A stretch of 64,000 nt of DNA from an uncultured Gemmatimonadales bacterium (GCA_963716255.1 OY970303.1:8000001-8064000); one strand, 5' to 3'. Positions 11,762-21,221 are shown, counted from the first letter of the stretch. The notes: generated by a model from the letters alone, not told the origin. Translations and numbers: made by a program.

Positions 11762-12481
11762 ATGGCCGAGCCGACGATCGACGACCTGCTGCTGAACCAC
11801 TCCCCCGAGGTGCGGGAGCTGACGCTGCGCGCCTGCCACCTGGTGCGCAGCGTGCTCCCGGACGCCCGGGAAAAAGTGCACCTGGGGTGGAAGAACATCG
11901 TGTTCGGCACGGGGACGAAGATGGGCGACATGATCTTCGTGGTGACGCCGCTCAAGGAGCGGGTGAACATCCACCTGGCGGGCGCGGGCCTGGACGACCC
12001 CATGGGGCTGCTGGAGGGGAAGGGGAAGGCGGGCCGCCACGTCAAGATCGGCTCCGTGGACGACCTGGAGAACCCGGCGCTCTTCGGGCTGCTGGAGCAG
12101 GCGGTGGAGGCGCACGCCCTCCCCGCGGCGGAGCGCGATGCCAGGGCCGGACCGCCCGTCGACGGCTACCGCGCCTACGGGAGCAGGACGGTGGGCGTGC
12201 CGGTGGAGAGGCTGTTCCAGGCGTGGACGGACGACGCCGTCCGCGCCGGGTGGCTGGGCGAGGGCAGGCTCGCCATCCGCGGCGCGACGGCGAACAAGTC
12301 GCTCCGGGCGCGCTGGGAGGATGGAACGCCGGTGGACGTTCGCTTCACCGCCAAGGGCGAGGCGAAGAGCGAGGTGACCGTGGACCACCGCCAGATCACG
12401 GACGAAGCGGCCGCGGCGGCGCAGAAACAGACGTGGAAGGGCCACCTCGACCGGCTCAAGGCGGAGCTGGAGCGCACCTGA
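11762..12481 (+). CDS. DUF1801 (YdhG-like) domain plus SRPBCC-like C-terminal domain
   Basis: LDDPMGLLEGKGKAGRHVKI motif; C-terminal SRTVGVPVERLFQAW..W. Confidence 0.7.
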   Translation: MAEPTIDDLLLNHSPEVRELTLRACHLVRSVLPDAREKVHLGWKNIVFGTGTKMGDMIFVVTPLKERVNIHLAGAGLDDPMGLLEGKGKAGRHVKIGSVDDLENPALFGLLEQAVEAHALPAAERDARAGPPVDGYRAYGSRTVGVPVERLFQAWTDDAVRAGWLGEGRLAIRGATANKSLRARWEDGTPVDVRFTAKGEAKSEVTVDHRQITDEAAAAAQKQTWKGHLDRLKAELERT

Positions 12482-12501
12482 CCTTCACGCGGAGAGCCGG
12501 C

Positions 12502-12759
12502 ATGTCTCACAGCTACGGGGCCATCCTGCGAGGCGACCGGCTGGAATGGCTGGGAAGCTCGCCGGGGTCGGACGGGCCGCTGCCGGTCGAGGTGATCGTC
12601 CAGGAGCACGCGGCGCCCGGACGCGATCGCAGCGACGGGGCCGCCATGGCGGCGGCGCTGGAGGAGGTCGCCGCCTCCCCCATCTACCGGAGGCACGAGG
12701 ATCCCGTCCGGTGGCAGCGCATGGTGCGCGAGGACCGTCCGCTCCCCGGGCGCGACTGA
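12502..12759 (+). CDS. Putative antitoxin of downstream PIN toxin
   Basis: 85-aa ORF 4 nt upstream of vapC; C-terminal DPVRWQRMVREDRPLPGR. Confidence 0.65.
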   Translation: MSHSYGAILRGDRLEWLGSSPGSDGPLPVEVIVQEHAAPGRDRSDGAAMAAALEEVAASPIYRRHEDPVRWQRMVREDRPLPGRD

Positions 12760-12763
12760 TTCG

Positions 12764-13129
12764 ATGCTGCTGGACAGCAACATCGTCATCTACGCGCTGC
12801 TGCCGGAGCACGGGTCGCTGCGGCGGCTGATCGCGGAGCACTCGCCGAGCGTGTCCGCGGTGTCGTACGTGGAGGTGCTGGGCTACCACGGCCTGACGGC
12901 CGGCGAGCGGGCAGCATTCGAGAAGTTCTTCGCGGCCGCCCGCGTCCTGCCGCTCGGGAGCGACGTGGTCCTGCGGGCCACGCAGCTCCGCCAGTCGCGC
13001 AAGATGACGCTGGGGGACGCGCTCATCGCCGCGACGGCGCTGGAGTTCGGGCTGAGGCTGGTGACGCACAACGTGCGGGACTACCGCTGGATCGAAGGGC
13101 TGGAGCTGCTGGACCCGCTGGCCGAGTGA
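12764..13129 (+). CDS. vapC: VapC family PIN-domain toxin
   Basis: LLDSNIVI, E, DALIAATAL, LVTHNVRDY motifs. Confidence 0.9.
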   Translation: MLLDSNIVIYALLPEHGSLRRLIAEHSPSVSAVSYVEVLGYHGLTAGERAAFEKFFAAARVLPLGSDVVLRATQLRQSRKMTLGDALIAATALEFGLRLVTHNVRDYRWIEGLELLDPLAE

Positions 13130-13168
13130 GCGGGCACCCATGATCGCGAGCGAAGGGGAAGCGAGCCT

Positions 13169-14668
13169 GTGTTCGAGAAGATCCTTGTAGCCAACCGGGG
13201 CGAGATCGCCCTCCGCGTGATCCGCGCCGCCCACGAGCTGGGCGTGAAGGCGGTGGCCGTGTACTCCGAGGCCGACCGCCTGGCGCCGCACGTGCTCGCC
13301 GCGGACGAGGCGTACCTGATCGGCCCGGCGCCCAGCGCGCAGAGCTACCTCCGCGCCGACGTGCTGATCGACGTGGCGAAGAAGGCCGGCGCGGAGGCCA
13401 TCCACCCCGGCTACGGCTTCCTGTCGGAGCGGGCGCACTTCATCCGCGCGGTCCGCGATGCGGGGCTGGTGTTCATCGGCCCCTCGCCCGAGTCGGTGGA
13501 GGCCATGGGCGACAAGACCGCGGCCCGCAAGCGCGTCATCGCCGCAGGGGTGCCGGTGGTCCCCGGGACGGAGGACGCGCTCGCCGACGCCGCGGAGGCC
13601 CGGCGCGTCGCGGCGGAGGTGGGCTACCCGGTGCTCCTCAAGGCCGCGGCCGGCGGGGGCGGGAAGGGGATGCGCGTGGTGCGCGGCGAGGACGAGATCG
13701 AGCGCGCCTTCGAGGCGGCGGGGAACGAGGCGCAGGCGGCGTTCGGGGACCGCTCGGTGTACATCGAGAAGTTCCTGGAGGGGCCGCGCCACATCGAGAT
13801 CCAGCTCCTCGCGGACCGCCACGGCAACACGCTGCACCTGGGCGAGCGCGAGTGCTCCATCCAGCGCCGCCACCAGAAGCTGATCGAGGAGGCCCCGAGC
13901 GCCGTGCTCACCCCGGAGGAGCGGGCGGCGATGGGCGCCACGGCGGTGGCGGCGGCGCAGGCCGTGAGCTACGAGGGCGCCGGGACGGTGGAGTTCCTGT
14001 ACCAGGACGGCCGCTTCTACTTCCTGGAGATGAACACGCGCATCCAGGTGGAGCACCCCGTCACCGAGCTGGTGACGGGGATCGACCTGGTGCAGTGGCA
14101 GATCCGCGTCGCGGCGGGCGAGGCGCTCCCCTTCCGGCAGGAGGACATCGGCTGGACCGGGCACGCGATCGAGTGCCGCATCACCTCGGAGGACCCGGGC
14201 AACGGCTTCCTGCCGTCCACCGGGCGCATCCGGATGCTGGAGATCCCCGCGGGCCCCGGCGTGCGCTGGGACGGCGGGATCACCCCGGGCTACGAGGTGG
14301 GCCTCTTCTACGACCCCATGCTCGCCAAGCTGATCGTGCACGGGCCCACGCGCGAGCAGGCCATCGACCGGATGAAGCGGGCGCTCGGCGAGCTGCGCGT
14401 GGTGGGGGTGGACACCAGCGTCCCCTTTCACCTGCGGGTGATGGACGAGCCGGACTTCCGCGCCGGGCGGCTGGACATCAAGTACCTGGAAAAGCACGAG
14501 GCCGAGCTGCTGGACGCCCCGCAGGACGAGGAGCGGGTGCGCATCGCCGCGCTCGCCGCCGCGCTGCTGGAGGAGGAGAGCCGCACCCGCCGCACCGCGC
14601 AGCGAGCCCAGCCGGGCGCCGCCGCCGGCGGCGGGAGCCGGTGGCGTGGCCGCATGGGCTGGAGATAG
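13169..14668 (+). CDS. accC: Biotin carboxylase subunit
   Basis: KILVANRGEIA, HPGYGFLSE, GGGGKGMR, RECSIQRRHQK, EMNTRIQVEHPVTE. Confidence 0.93.
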   Translation: MFEKILVANRGEIALRVIRAAHELGVKAVAVYSEADRLAPHVLAADEAYLIGPAPSAQSYLRADVLIDVAKKAGAEAIHPGYGFLSERAHFIRAVRDAGLVFIGPSPESVEAMGDKTAARKRVIAAGVPVVPGTEDALADAAEARRVAAEVGYPVLLKAAAGGGGKGMRVVRGEDEIERAFEAAGNEAQAAFGDRSVYIEKFLEGPRHIEIQLLADRHGNTLHLGERECSIQRRHQKLIEEAPSAVLTPEERAAMGATAVAAAQAVSYEGAGTVEFLYQDGRFYFLEMNTRIQVEHPVTELVTGIDLVQWQIRVAAGEALPFRQEDIGWTGHAIECRITSEDPGNGFLPSTGRIRMLEIPAGPGVRWDGGITPGYEVGLFYDPMLAKLIVHGPTREQAIDRMKRALGELRVVGVDTSVPFHLRVMDEPDFRAGRLDIKYLEKHEAELLDAPQDEERVRIAALAAALLEEESRTRRTAQRAQPGAAAGGGSRWRGRMGWR

Positions 14669-14671
14669 CGG

Positions 14672-16015
14672 GTGGCGGACCGCAGGGCGGGGCGGGGGCG
14701 CCCCGGCGGGCAGGGGCGCCGGCCGGGCACGGAGCGCCGGCCGCCGCAGGCGCAGGTGCGCATCGACTCCATCGCCGCGGGGGGCGAGGGCGTGGGGCGG
14801 CTCCCGGACGGGCGCGTGGTGTTCGTGCACCGCACCGCCCCCGGCGACCTGGCCGAGGTGGCGCTCACCGAGCGGCGCGACCGCTGGGCGCGCGGGCGGC
14901 TCCTGCGCGTGCTGGATGCGTCGCCGGAGCGGAGGGAGGCGCCGTGCCCCTTTTACGGCGAGTGCGGCGGGTGCACGCTGGAGCACCTGACGTACCCGGC
15001 GCAGCTCCGCGCCAAGGCGCGCATCGTCGCGGACGCGCTCACCCGCATCGGGGGGATGCCGACGGAGCCGCCGGAGGTGGTCGCCTCGCCCTCGGAGCAC
15101 CGCTACCGCAACCGCGTTTCCTTCGCGCTGCGGCGCACGGGGCGGGGCGGGGTCGTCGCCGGCTTCCACGCGCTCGGCGACCCGGAGCGCATCGTGGACC
15201 TGGACGGCCGCTGCCTCCTCCCGGAGGAGCCCATCGCCCGGGTGTGGGACGACATCCGCGCCAGCTGGGGGACGGAGGCGTTCCGCCTCCCCTCCGGCGA
15301 CCGGCTGCGATTGACGCTGCGGGCCAGCGCCGGCGGCGAGGTGTCGCTGCTGGTGGAGGGCGGCTACTCGCCCGGGCGCCCGCAGGAATTGCTGGACGCG
15401 GTCCCCGGGCTGGTGGCCGTGTGGCACCGCCCCGGCGCGGCGCCGCCGTCGCTGGTGGGGGGGGCGCCCGGCCTGCCGGAGAGCTGGGGCGACGAGACGC
15501 TGGAGCTGAGCGGCGCCGCCTTCCTCCAGGTGAACCGCGGCGCCGCCGCGCTGCTGGAGGCGCACGTCCTGGAGCGCGTCGGCGACGCGGCGGGGCTGCG
15601 GGTGGTGGACGCGTACTGCGGCGTGGGGCTGCACGCCCGGCGCCTGGCGCGCGCCGGGGCCGCCGTGGTGGGGATCGAGCTGGATCCCGAGGCGGTGGCC
15701 GAGGCCCGGCGCGCCGCCCCGGAGGGCACGGAGTTCGTGGAGGGGCCGGTGGAGGCGCACCTCCCCGCGCACCTCCCCGCCGACCTGGTGATCCTCAACC
15801 CGCCGCGCGCCGGGGTGGCCGCCGAGGTCGCGGACGCGCTGGCGGCCTCGCCGCCGCGGCGCATCGTCTACGTGTCGTGCAACCCCGCGACGCTCGCGCG
15901 CGACCTCAAGCGCCTGGGCGGCGGCTTCCGGGTGGAGAGCGTCCGCTCCTTCGACCTGTTCCCCCAGACGGCGCACGTGGAGACCGTCGTGGTGCTGTCC
16001 TCACAGGAACCCTGA
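14672..16015 (+). CDS. rlmD: TRAM-domain RNA m5U methyltransferase (RlmD family)
   Basis: CPFYGECGGC Fe-S motif, FLQVN, DAYCGVG, NPPRAG, YVSCNPATLARD, DLFPQTAHVE. Confidence 0.88.
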   Translation: MADRRAGRGRPGGQGRRPGTERRPPQAQVRIDSIAAGGEGVGRLPDGRVVFVHRTAPGDLAEVALTERRDRWARGRLLRVLDASPERREAPCPFYGECGGCTLEHLTYPAQLRAKARIVADALTRIGGMPTEPPEVVASPSEHRYRNRVSFALRRTGRGGVVAGFHALGDPERIVDLDGRCLLPEEPIARVWDDIRASWGTEAFRLPSGDRLRLTLRASAGGEVSLLVEGGYSPGRPQELLDAVPGLVAVWHRPGAAPPSLVGGAPGLPESWGDETLELSGAAFLQVNRGAAALLEAHVLERVGDAAGLRVVDAYCGVGLHARRLARAGAAVVGIELDPEAVAEARRAAPEGTEFVEGPVEAHLPAHLPADLVILNPPRAGVAAEVADALAASPPRRIVYVSCNPATLARDLKRLGGGFRVESVRSFDLFPQTAHVETVVVLSSQEP

Positions 16016-16024
16016 ATCGCCCAG

Positions 16025-16522
16025 ATGCGCTACTTCGTCACCATCGCCGGCCGCGAGGTCGAGGTCGACCTGACCGGCGCCACCCCCGTGGTGGACGGCA
16101 CGCCGGTGCACGCAGAGCTGGCCACCCTCCCCGGCACCCCCGTCCGCAGCCTGCTGGTGGACGGCCGCTCCCACCCGTTCATCGCCCACGCGGGGGAGCG
16201 GCGGGGCCGCTGGGAGATCGCCATGGGCGGGAGCCGCCTGGTGGTGGACGCGGTGGACGAGCGCACCCGCGCCATCCGCGAGATGACCGGCGGCGCGGAC
16301 GCGGAAACGGAAAAGACCGTCGCCGCGCCGATGCCCGGGCTGGTGGTGCGGGTGGAGGTGGAGGTGGGGCAGCAGGTGAGGGCGGGGCAGGGGCTGGTGA
16401 TCGTGGAGGCGATGAAGATGGAGAACGAGCTCAAGGCGCCGGCGGACGGCGTGGTCGCGCGCATCGAGGTGCAGCCCGGCCAGACGGTGGACAAGGGCGC
16501 CACGCTGATCGTGCTGGAGTAG
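16025..16522 (+). CDS. Biotin carboxyl carrier protein with N-terminal BT-like domain
   Basis: APMPG..EAMKMENE biotinylation motif. Confidence 0.92.
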   Translation: MRYFVTIAGREVEVDLTGATPVVDGTPVHAELATLPGTPVRSLLVDGRSHPFIAHAGERRGRWEIAMGGSRLVVDAVDERTRAIREMTGGADAETEKTVAAPMPGLVVRVEVEVGQQVRAGQGLVIVEAMKMENELKAPADGVVARIEVQPGQTVDKGATLIVLE

Positions 16523-16566
16523 GAAAGCCGCGCGGGACGGAGCTGCCACACGGACCGGAGGGTGCC

Positions 16567-17070
16567 ATGTACCGGCGGATCGACGATTTCCTGCGGGACT
16601 GGACGGAGGAGAGCACGAGCACGCTCCGGGTGCTGCGGGCGCTCACGGACGAGTCGCTGGAGCAGCGGGTGACCCCGGACGGGCGCAGCATCGGCGGGCT
16701 CGCCTGGCACCTGGTGGGCTCGCTGGGGGTGATGCCGGGCCGCGCCGGGCTCGCCGGGATCCACGCTCCGCCGCCGGAGGTGCCCGCCCCGGCCAGCGCG
16801 GCCGTGATCGCCGACGCCTACGGCAGGGCTGCCTGCTCCCTGGCCGGCGCCGTGCCCGAGCAGTGGACCGACGAGATGCTCCCGGAGGAGGTGCCCATGT
16901 ACGTGGACCCCTGGGCGCGCGGCCGGGTGCTTTCCATGATCATCCGCCACCAGGCGCACCACCGCGCGCAGATCACCGTGCTCATGCGCCAGGCGGGCCT
17001 CGCCGTTCCGGGGTGCTACGGCCCCTCGCGCGAGGAGTGGGCGGAGCGGGGGATGCCGGCGATGCAGTAG
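16567..17070 (+). CDS. DinB family protein
   Basis: LAWHL and HQAHHRAQITVLMRQAG..PGCYGP motifs. Confidence 0.88.
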   Translation: MYRRIDDFLRDWTEESTSTLRVLRALTDESLEQRVTPDGRSIGGLAWHLVGSLGVMPGRAGLAGIHAPPPEVPAPASAAVIADAYGRAACSLAGAVPEQWTDEMLPEEVPMYVDPWARGRVLSMIIRHQAHHRAQITVLMRQAGLAVPGCYGPSREEWAERGMPAMQ

Positions 17071-17117
17071 GGGGGATGGTGATCGACCCTCACTCTCGCC
17101 GACGACGCACGGAAAGC

Positions 17118-17146
17118 TTGACGTTTGTTTTGCGCCAAATTACTCT
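17118..17146 (+). promoter_or_regulatory. Sigma70-like promoter of Cys-rich cassette 2
   Basis: TTGACG-TTTGTTTTGCGCCAAAT-TACTCT (17-nt spacer). Confidence 0.55.
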
Positions 17147-17187
17147 CCAAAAAAGTCCCTCCCCTCCATCCAGTCCCACGACAGCTC

Positions 17188-18219
17188 ATGAAGCGCTTCT
17201 GCACGCTCGCCGTGATCATCGGGAGCCTATGCGCACCCGCCGTGGCGGCTGCCCAGCAGGTCGTTTCGCGCCCGATCACCGAGGTGCGAAGCTCTGCGAC
17301 GGCGGTCAGGCTCGTCGAAGTCGTACGCCTTGGAAGCCTGGATGGAGCCCACGACGCCTTCGGCCGGGTCATGGACGTGGCCCTGTCCCGGTCCGGCCGC
17401 ATCGTCGTCGCGGACGACCAGAACTACAACGTGGTGGTCTTCGGCCCAGACGGCAGGTACGTCGGGACCATGGGGCGGAAGGGCCAGGGGCCGGGTGAGT
17501 TCGTGAGTCCCTGGAAAGTGGCCGTGGATGCCCAGGACAGCGTTTTCGTGTGGGATGCCGGTCTGGCCCGCATCAGCGTGTTCAGGCCGGATCTCCGTTT
17601 CAGACGTAGCTTTGCCGTCCCGCCGCAGTGGCTCGTCAACAGCCTTCAATTCTTCCAGGACGGAAGGCTGCTCGTCGCGGCGTATGGTCGCAGAGAGCCG
17701 GGTCCCCTCCATCTCCTGAGCCGCTCGGGGAGGCTGGAGCGGTCGTTCGGCCCCCGGGTCAACTCGCCGGACCTGTCCGGTTTCGAAGCAAGCCTCCTCG
17801 GCGGAACCGTCGACGTAGCCGGCCAGACCCTCGTCTATTCTGCCAAGAGCCCCTACGAGGTCTGGTTTCTCGACCTCGCGGGGCGAGCGGGGACGCGATG
17901 CGTCGGGCGAACGGAGTGGACAACCCGGCCCTCTCAGGCAGTCCGGGTGAGCCAGAACGCGACGAACCTGCAGTGGGAAAAGTACATCCATTCATCCGCT
18001 GTCCTCAGCCTGGGCCGGGGATTGTACCTGAACCAGGTGCTCGACCCCGCCGGCGACCGTACTCGCCTGGATCTCCTTACCGCCGACTGCCGTCTGCTCC
18101 GCCGGACCACGTTCGACTCTCCGCTCAACGTCGTGGATGCCTCCGGTTCGAAGCTGGCGGCCGTGCGCGATCTGGAATTCCCGGAAGTGCTGGTATACGA
18201 AGCGCGGATCACGCAATAG
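17188..18219 (+). CDS. Secreted 6-bladed beta-propeller (NHL/TolB-like) protein
   Basis: Signal peptide; GRKGQGPGEF motif; repeated short beta-strands. Confidence 0.82.
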   Translation: MKRFCTLAVIIGSLCAPAVAAAQQVVSRPITEVRSSATAVRLVEVVRLGSLDGAHDAFGRVMDVALSRSGRIVVADDQNYNVVVFGPDGRYVGTMGRKGQGPGEFVSPWKVAVDAQDSVFVWDAGLARISVFRPDLRFRRSFAVPPQWLVNSLQFFQDGRLLVAAYGRREPGPLHLLSRSGRLERSFGPRVNSPDLSGFEASLLGGTVDVAGQTLVYSAKSPYEVWFLDLAGRAGTRCVGRTEWTTRPSQAVRVSQNATNLQWEKYIHSSAVLSLGRGLYLNQVLDPAGDRTRLDLLTADCRLLRRTTFDSPLNVVDASGSKLAAVRDLEFPEVLVYEARITQ

Positions 18220-18269
18220 ACGAAATCGAGCCGGACGGAGGCCAGCCACTTCCACGAGGCGACCTGCTC

Positions 18270-18734
18270 ATGAAGCTGCCCGTTTCACTCTTCACCGGTT
18301 TCGCGCTCGCCACCCTCGCCCTCGTGGTATGCCCCCCCTCGGCCGAAGCCCAGGGCGAAAGCTCGGGCACCTGCCAGTGGGGGTGCCTGTGCACGGGGAA
18401 TCGATGCGGGTGCAACTCGAACGGCAGTGGAAAGGATTGTGCTCTGGGCGGCAATGGTTGTGTCGTCACGATGTGCGAACAGGAACAGATCTCCCTGCTG
18501 GTGATCGCGCCCGACGGGTCCCTCGTACCGCTCCCGGCGAGATATGCGGCCGAGCGGGACCCGGCCGGCGACGGGAAGGGCGAGGCGATCACCCAGCCGA
18601 GCATGGGACGATGGGAGTTCGTTGCCGCGGGCCGCTCCGTCGCCCGGCACTGCAGCGGACTGATCACCAGGCGGTACTACGATCGTGCAACCGCCGCGGA
18701 CATCCGGGACATGGAGCGGGACATCTCGATCTGA
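18270..18734 (+). CDS. Secreted Cys-rich small protein (8-Cys core plus C-terminal domain)
   Basis: Signal ending AEA|Q; CQWGCLCTGNRCGCNSNGSGKDCALGGNGCVVTMC. Confidence 0.72.
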   Translation: MKLPVSLFTGFALATLALVVCPPSAEAQGESSGTCQWGCLCTGNRCGCNSNGSGKDCALGGNGCVVTMCEQEQISLLVIAPDGSLVPLPARYAAERDPAGDGKGEAITQPSMGRWEFVAAGRSVARHCSGLITRRYYDRATAADIRDMERDISI

Positions 18735-18862
18735 GACCGAAAAGCTGCAGCGCCCGTAGTGCATACCTGCCAGGCGGACCGGCCCTGACGCCGACGGATC
18801 CCCATGGATCCGTCGGCGTTCGTCGTTGCGGGGCGTCCCCCCGCGGACGCTAATTCGGAGCC

Positions 18863-18993
18863 GCGTGAGGGATGCGCGCCCGGCAGGGCCGAGACCCGCG
18901 GGGCAGTTTCCGCGGGGCTCGGCGGAGTTACGCACGGCGGTTTCGTGCGTTACTCCGCGCGCAGCCCGACCCCGCGCCAGCGGGGGCACGCCC
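18863..18993 (-). repeat. ~130-nt structured repeat, copy 1 (Flavo-1-like)
   Basis: Ends GGGCGTGCCCCC...GTCGGGCT...ATCCCTCACGC on the minus strand; same stems as other copies. Confidence 0.85.
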
Positions 18994-19021
18994 AAACTGC
19001 CGTCCATCCAGTTGTATCTTG

Positions 19022-19060
19022 AGATATATCTTGACTCACGATATATCGCGAGTTATATCT
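19022..19060 (+). promoter_or_regulatory. Putative PadR autoregulatory operator overlapping promoter
   Basis: Palindromes AGATATATCT (19022-19031) and CGATATATCG (19039-19048) around TTGACT. Confidence 0.6.
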
Positions 19061-19101
19061 GGATCAGCCGGTGACGGGAACCCGTGTCACGGAGGAAGAA
19101 A

Positions 19102-19656
19102 ATGTTCGGTGCGTACGGATGCGGCCCGCGCGGCCGCCGGGGAGCGTGGGGCGGCTTCGGCTGGGGCGGCGGGCCACGCGGAGGCCCGGGACGTGGGCGC
19201 GTCTTCGGGCACGGCGACCTCAAGCTGGTGATCCTCAGCCTGCTGGCGGAAAAGCCGCGCCACGGCTACGAGATCATCAAGGAGCTGGAGGACCGGGTGG
19301 GGGGCACGTACTCGCCCAGCCCGGGAACCGTCTACCCCACACTCTCGCTGCTGGAGGACATGGGCTACGCGCGCTCCCGGGTGGAGGAGGCGAACCGCAA
19401 GGTCTACGAGATCACGGACGAGGGCCGGCAGCACCTGGAGCAGAACCGCCCGGCGGTGGACGACATCTTCGGCCGGGTGGACGAGTTCGCCTCGTTCTTC
19501 TTCGGCCCGGCGATGTCCGGGCTGGGGCACGCCTTCGGGAGCCTGGGCGGCGCCGTATTCCGCGCCGGGATGCGCCACCAGGGCGACGAGCAGTGGGTGC
19601 GCCGCGCGCAGGAGATCCTGGAGCGCGCGGCGCGCGATGTCGAGGGCCTGAACTGA
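19102..19656 (+). CDS. PadR family transcriptional regulator (YqjI-like)
   Basis: GDLKLVILSLLAEKPRHGYEIIK..SPGTVYPTL..KVYEITDEG; GGAGG RBS. Confidence 0.92.
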   Translation: MFGAYGCGPRGRRGAWGGFGWGGGPRGGPGRGRVFGHGDLKLVILSLLAEKPRHGYEIIKELEDRVGGTYSPSPGTVYPTLSLLEDMGYARSRVEEANRKVYEITDEGRQHLEQNRPAVDDIFGRVDEFASFFFGPAMSGLGHAFGSLGGAVFRAGMRHQGDEQWVRRAQEILERAARDVEGLN

Positions 19657-19806
19657 CGCGCCGCGGCGGCGCGGCTGCCGGGAGCGCCGGCGGATCCACG
19701 CGGTCCGCCGGCGCTCCCGTTCGCGCTTGCTCCCCGCGGCGCCGCGCGCCTACATTCGACGGACCCGGCCCGCCGCCCGCGCCCACGACCCGCTCCAGGA
19801 CAGGCC

Positions 19807-20367
19807 ATGCCCCGCATCACCCCGCTCGACTACGCGGACGCGCCGCCCGAGGCGCGCGCCGCCCACGACGAGCACCTGAAGACGGCGCGCATCACCAACA
19901 TGAAGCGCACGCTCCTTCACTCGGTGCCGGCGTTCCGCGCGCTGATGACCTGGTACGACCTGCGCGGCACGGTGCAGCCGTTCCTGGGCGAGCGCCTCAC
20001 CACGCTCTTCGCGCACGCCGTCTCCGCCGAGACCGACTGCCTGATCTGCTCCACCTTCTTCCGCCGCGTCCTGGTGGACGCGGGCGAGGACCCCGACCGG
20101 CTGGAGCTGGACGCGCGCGAGGCCGCCGTGGTGGCGTTCGGACGGGCGCTCGCCGTCACCCCGCACCGGGTGCCGGACGCGGTGTACGCCCGCGCGGCGG
20201 AGCACTTCAGCGACGAGCAGACCGTGGCGCTGGTGGCGTTCGGCGCGCTGATGGTGGCCACCAACGTGGTCAACAACGCGCTCGGGGTGCCGCTGGACGA
20301 CTACCTCCAGCCGTACCGCCGGCAGCCCGCGGCCGCCGGGGCGGAAGGAGCCGGCACCCATGGGTGA
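19807..20367 (+). CDS. AhpD/carboxymuconolactone decarboxylase-like protein
   Basis: VSAETDCLICS CxxC motif; helical; NNALGVPLD C-terminus. Confidence 0.7.
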   Translation: MPRITPLDYADAPPEARAAHDEHLKTARITNMKRTLLHSVPAFRALMTWYDLRGTVQPFLGERLTTLFAHAVSAETDCLICSTFFRRVLVDAGEDPDRLELDAREAAVVAFGRALAVTPHRVPDAVYARAAEHFSDEQTVALVAFGALMVATNVVNNALGVPLDDYLQPYRRQPAAAGAEGAGTHG

Positions 20368-21163
20368 GCTCGCGGGGCGCGTCGCCTTCGTCACGGGGGC
20401 GGCGCACGGGCAGGGGAGGGCGACCGCGCTGAAGCTGGCCGGGGAGGGCGCGGCGATCGCCGCCTTCGACGTGGCGAGGCCGCTGGCGTACCCGGCCTAC
20501 GGGATGGGGACGGGCGCGGAGCTGGAGTCGCTGGTGGCGGAGTGCGAGGCGCTGGGGAGCCCCTGCCTGGCGTTCGCGGGCGACGTGCGCGACGACGCGG
20601 CCATCACGGCGGCGGTGGGCGAGACCGTGGAGCGGCTGGGGCGAATCGACATCCTCTTCAACAACGCCGGCATCTGCGCCTACGGGCTGGCGCACGAGCT
20701 GACGGAGGAGGAGTGGGACGGGATGATGGACATCAACCTCAAGGGCCCCTGGATGGTGGCGCGCCGGGTGATCCCCGTGATGATCGCGCAGAAGCGCGGG
20801 GTGATCGTCAACAACTCGTCGGTGGCGGGGCTGCGGGGGATGAACCGCCTCAGCCACTACGCGGCGTCCAAGCACGGGCTGCTGGGCCTGACCCGGTCGT
20901 GGGCGCTGGAGCTGGCGCCGCACGGCATCCGCGTGGTCGCCGTCCACCCCACCGGCGTGAACACGCCGATGAACGACGGGCTCGCCGCCATGGAGGGGAA
21001 GACCCCGCAGGAGATCGCCGAGGCCTCGGCCGGCAACCTCCTCCCCGTCCCCTGGATCGAGCCGGACGACGTGGCCGAGGCGGTCCTGTACCTGGTGTCC
21101 GACCGGGCCCGCTTCGTCACCGGCTCCTCCTTCGTGCTGGACGCGGGGCTGCTCGTGCGCTAG
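20360..21163 (+). CDS. SDR oxidoreductase resembling mycofactocin-coupled/carveol dehydrogenase subfamily
   Basis: TGAAHGQGRA, NNAG, YAASK, HPTGVNTPM and the extended loop after the beta2 Asp. Confidence 0.85.
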   Translation: MGELAGRVAFVTGAAHGQGRATALKLAGEGAAIAAFDVARPLAYPAYGMGTGAELESLVAECEALGSPCLAFAGDVRDDAAITAAVGETVERLGRIDILFNNAGICAYGLAHELTEEEWDGMMDINLKGPWMVARRVIPVMIAQKRGVIVNNSSVAGLRGMNRLSHYAASKHGLLGLTRSWALELAPHGIRVVAVHPTGVNTPMNDGLAAMEGKTPQEIAEASAGNLLPVPWIEPDDVAEAVLYLVSDRARFVTGSSFVLDAGLLVR

Positions 21164-21221
21164 CGTGCGGGAGGATGTCCGGACCGGCTCCCCGCGCCGA
21201 CCTTTTGCCATCCTCCCGGCC

